A DNA stretch of 40,953 bases, taken from NCBI GenBank assembly GCA_031420755.1, contig JANONI010000367.1, positions 1 through 40,953 on the forward strand, in the 5' to 3' direction. A program made the translations under genes and the position numbers. The notes beneath the pieces were generated by a model. That model saw only the letters and a list, made by a program, of their open reading frames with translations. It did no database searches and had not been told where the DNA came from. Positions 38,449-40,953 of this stretch are shown in pieces. Numbering within the stretch: the stretch's first letter is position 1; each line of letters begins with the position of its first letter. Source of the stretch: Bacteroidota bacterium. Lineage in GTDB: Bacteria; Bacteroidota; Ignavibacteria; UBA10030; UBA8401.

Positions 38449-40638
38449 TTGAAAAAAGTTTTCGTTACTGCTTCATTGTTCGTTTTGTTGATAGGATGTA
38501 CAGGCACAATTCCTCAGAAATCCGAAACACAATCTTCTCAGGTACCGTATCAAACATCCTATAATAGTAGTTCAATATTATTAGCATCGTCATCGTCCTC
38601 ATTTTTTGTGCATGATACACTGATGCCCCGCCCTATCCAATCGGTTGAACCCACAGCGGATTCAATAGGGGCGGATTCTTCCGGTGATGCTGATGAACGG
38701 CATATAGCAGAATTACTTGAACAGGCGCGCGGACATTATCTTTCTGCTATGCAAGCACAGGCAGAGGGTGATTCAATGCTTTCAGCGGATGAATTTGAAG
38801 AAGCAATTAAACATTTGAACGAAGCAAGTTATTTTTCTAACATTGAAATGAATGCCGATTTTAATGAACTATCCCGCAGTGTTATTGAAGATTATGAAAA
38901 ATATATTGCCACCATTGATAGCATTGGACCGAACAGCTCTATCTTTGCGCTTCGCGAAAAATTGAACTTTGATATTGAAAGGATTGACATTACCAATATT
39001 CAAATCCCGTCATCACTTGTTCCGAAGACCGATGTTCCGCTTCATATCAATGAATACACAAAAAGAACAATCTCATTTTTTATGGGAAAAGGACGTTCGC
39101 ACATGGAGAGTTGGATATATCGTTCCGGAAAATATTTCCCCATGATGTCCAGAATTTTTGCCGAAGAAATGCTCCCTCCGGAACTGATGTATCTTTCGCT
39201 GCCGGAAAGCGGATTGAATCCGGTTGCACGCTCGTGGGCAAAAGCGGTCGGTCTGTGGCAGTTTATGAAAGCAACCGGAGGAATGTACGGACTGCGTTCG
39301 AATTATTGGTATGATGAACGCCGTGATTTTGAGAAATCTACTCGTGCTGCCGCCCGACACATGAAGGATTTATATAGAGAGTTTAACGACTGGCATTTGG
39401 TGTTTGTTGCGTACAATGCCGGAGGAGGATGGGTTCGCAAAGGAATCAGACGAACCGGTTCAACGGATTATTGGGAAATGCGTCATCGGCTGCCACGAGA
39501 AACCAGAAATTATGTTCCTCAATACATTGCCGTAGCACTCATTATCATGCGTCCGGAAGCGTTTGGCTTTGGCAATATAGAGAAAGCAGATTCATTATCG
39601 TATGAAATTGCTACGGTAGATGATTGTGTTGATCTTGGAATTTTGGCGGAATGTGCCGGCACCGATTTGGAAACGATTAAAGACCTCAATCCCGAGTTGA
39701 CACAATGGTGCACTCCGCCAAACTATAAAGGATATCAACTCCGAATACCGTTTGGAACTGCCGCAGTATTTGCCGAGAATTATTCGAAAATTCCGGATGA
39801 AAAAAAATTGGACTTTGCCACACATATTATTAAGCGTAAAGAAACGATCAGCCAAATTGCAAAACGGTATAATGTTACTACTGCCATTCTTTTGGAAGTG
39901 AATAAACTCTCTCGTTCCAAACGATTAAAAGTAGGGGCGACATTAGTAATTCCTATAAAATCTAATTCTGCTTTTGCATTGGTTGATGCGCAGCGTAAAA
40001 AAGAAATTGCGGATATTGCGAGATATAACCAAGTAAAAGAAGAAGGAAGAAAATCTTCTGCAGCGAGCAAATCAACATCGATTGCTTCTGTATCTCAAAA
40101 AAGGAAAACAAGAATTCAAAAAACAACCTATGAACCGCAAGGACGCGAAAAGATTGTGTACAAAGTTAAAACGGGCGAAACACTTGGTCATATTGCAGAA
40201 CGGTTCAATGTACGCGCAAGTCATATTCGGAACTGGAACAATATTCCGTACGGAAAACACATTTACGCCAGACAACGATTAGCGATATGGGTGCCGGAAG
40301 AGAAACTTGAATTGTACAAGAATCTGGCGAATCAACCAACAGCGCAAAAAGAAAAAAGTATTTCAACAGTTTCTGCAGTAAAGAAAAAAAGTGCGGCGCA
40401 GACCAATAAAGCGCGTGTTGGATGGGTGCGGCATAAAGTACTGCGAGGAGAGACGCTGGAAAAAATTGCGTCGGATTATGATGTTGCCATTGCCGATCTT
40501 AAATCGTGGAATCGGCTTCGCACAAGCAGAATAAATGCGGGAGAGATGCTGGAAATTTTCGCACCAGACCAAACGGAAGAACCGGCGGAAGAACCAGTAA
40601 TAAAAAGAAGTAACATCGCAAAAAAAATGTTGTTCTAA
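38449..40638 (+). CDS. mltD: MltD-like lytic murein transglycosylase lipoprotein with LysM repeats; 3' end altered by inversion
   Basis: Lipobox LIGC; PESG catalytic Glu, AVGLWQFM, AYNAG, LPRETRNYVP; three clear LysM domains. Confidence 0.88.
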   Translation: MKKVFVTASLFVLLIGCTGTIPQKSETQSSQVPYQTSYNSSSILLASSSSSFFVHDTLMPRPIQSVEPTADSIGADSSGDADERHIAELLEQARGHYLSAMQAQAEGDSMLSADEFEEAIKHLNEASYFSNIEMNADFNELSRSVIEDYEKYIATIDSIGPNSSIFALREKLNFDIERIDITNIQIPSSLVPKTDVPLHINEYTKRTISFFMGKGRSHMESWIYRSGKYFPMMSRIFAEEMLPPELMYLSLPESGLNPVARSWAKAVGLWQFMKATGGMYGLRSNYWYDERRDFEKSTRAAARHMKDLYREFNDWHLVFVAYNAGGGWVRKGIRRTGSTDYWEMRHRLPRETRNYVPQYIAVALIIMRPEAFGFGNIEKADSLSYEIATVDDCVDLGILAECAGTDLETIKDLNPELTQWCTPPNYKGYQLRIPFGTAAVFAENYSKIPDEKKLDFATHIIKRKETISQIAKRYNVTTAILLEVNKLSRSKRLKVGATLVIPIKSNSAFALVDAQRKKEIADIARYNQVKEEGRKSSAASKSTSIASVSQKRKTRIQKTTYEPQGREKIVYKVKTGETLGHIAERFNVRASHIRNWNNIPYGKHIYARQRLAIWVPEEKLELYKNLANQPTAQKEKSISTVSAVKKKSAAQTNKARVGWVRHKVLRGETLEKIASDYDVAIADLKSWNRLRTSRINAGEMLEIFAPDQTEEPAEEPVIKRSNIAKKMLF

Positions 40639-40953
40639 AAAAAATACTCTAAAAATTTATCCATCGATTTTTAATTTTTGACCGGCCATAATTTTGGAAG
40701 ATTTAAGATCGTTCCATTTTTTTACATCGTCTATAGTAACGTGATATTTTTCTGCGATTTTTTCCAACGTCTCTCCCCGTTTTACAACGTGCGTCGTCTT
40801 GTTATCAGTTGCAGCAGACTTTGAATTTGATTTCCGTTGAACCTGTTTTTTTACAATCGGTTCTTCCGCCGGTTCTTCCGTTTGGTCTGGTGCGAAAATT
40901 TCCAGCATCTCTCCCGCATTTATTCTGCTTGTGCGAAGCCGATTCCACGATTT
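40501..40953. repeat. Perfect 95-bp inverted repeat (40501-40595 / 40859-40953) around a 263-bp segment
   Basis: Last 95 nt of the window are the exact reverse complement of 40501-40595. Confidence 0.95.
40657..40953 (-). CDS. Inverted C-terminal portion of the MltD-like gene (linker plus final LysM domain)
   Basis: Shares MLEIFAPDQTEEPAEEP with the + strand gene, then HVVKRGETLEKIAEKYHVT..VKKWN..IMAGQKLKI LysM. Confidence 0.8.
   Translation of the reverse strand, partial: KSWNRLRTSRINAGEMLEIFAPDQTEEPAEEPIVKKQVQRKSNSKSAATDNKTTHVVKRGETLEKIAEKYHVTIDDVKKWNDLKSSKIMAGQKLKIDG

Overview
Chromosomal, mostly housekeeping window of a low-GC Gram-negative bacterium, most likely Ignavibacteria-like within the Bacteroidota/Chlorobi group. 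That placement is an inference from the lpxC-fabZ fusion, the uppS-bamA-skp-skp-lpxD-lpxC/fabZ-lpxA order, sigma70-type promoters and SD motifs. Genes in order: pcm (partial), miaA, prfC, an AT-rich membrane protein, lone paaA, purEK, an HI0933 flavoprotein, a PIN-toxin pair, the outer-membrane/lipid A operon, lipoate ligase-panB, a TetR + YbhGFSR-like ABC exporter, PlpD-type patatin, an RsmB-family methyltransferase, thiolase, small membrane peptides, paaZ, enoyl-CoA hydratase, a ZIP transporter carrying a cNMP-binding domain, tRNA-Ser(TGA), a GIY-YIG remnant and an MltD-like LysM transglycosylase. The main unexplained signal is intergenic: nested non-autonomous palindromic elements (MITEs within REP-like repeats and vice versa). 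These include a 16-nt hairpin unit (consensus CYCTACGRGYCGTAGR, 10 copies) that appears to insert cleanly at T^C inside other repeats, 19- and 22-nt micro-inserts, and a MITE found twice at the same oriented target (AGCCATCCC, 4-bp duplication). Empty and filled alleles are visible within the window. Other leads are the cNMP-ZIP fusion, tandem 37-aa membrane peptides, and a 95-bp inverted repeat at the window end that flips the last LysM domain of mltD (probably a fold-back/assembly artefact, possibly an intragenic inversion). No CRISPR array, rRNA or intact transposase/integrase was seen. All calls are by eye, without database searches.
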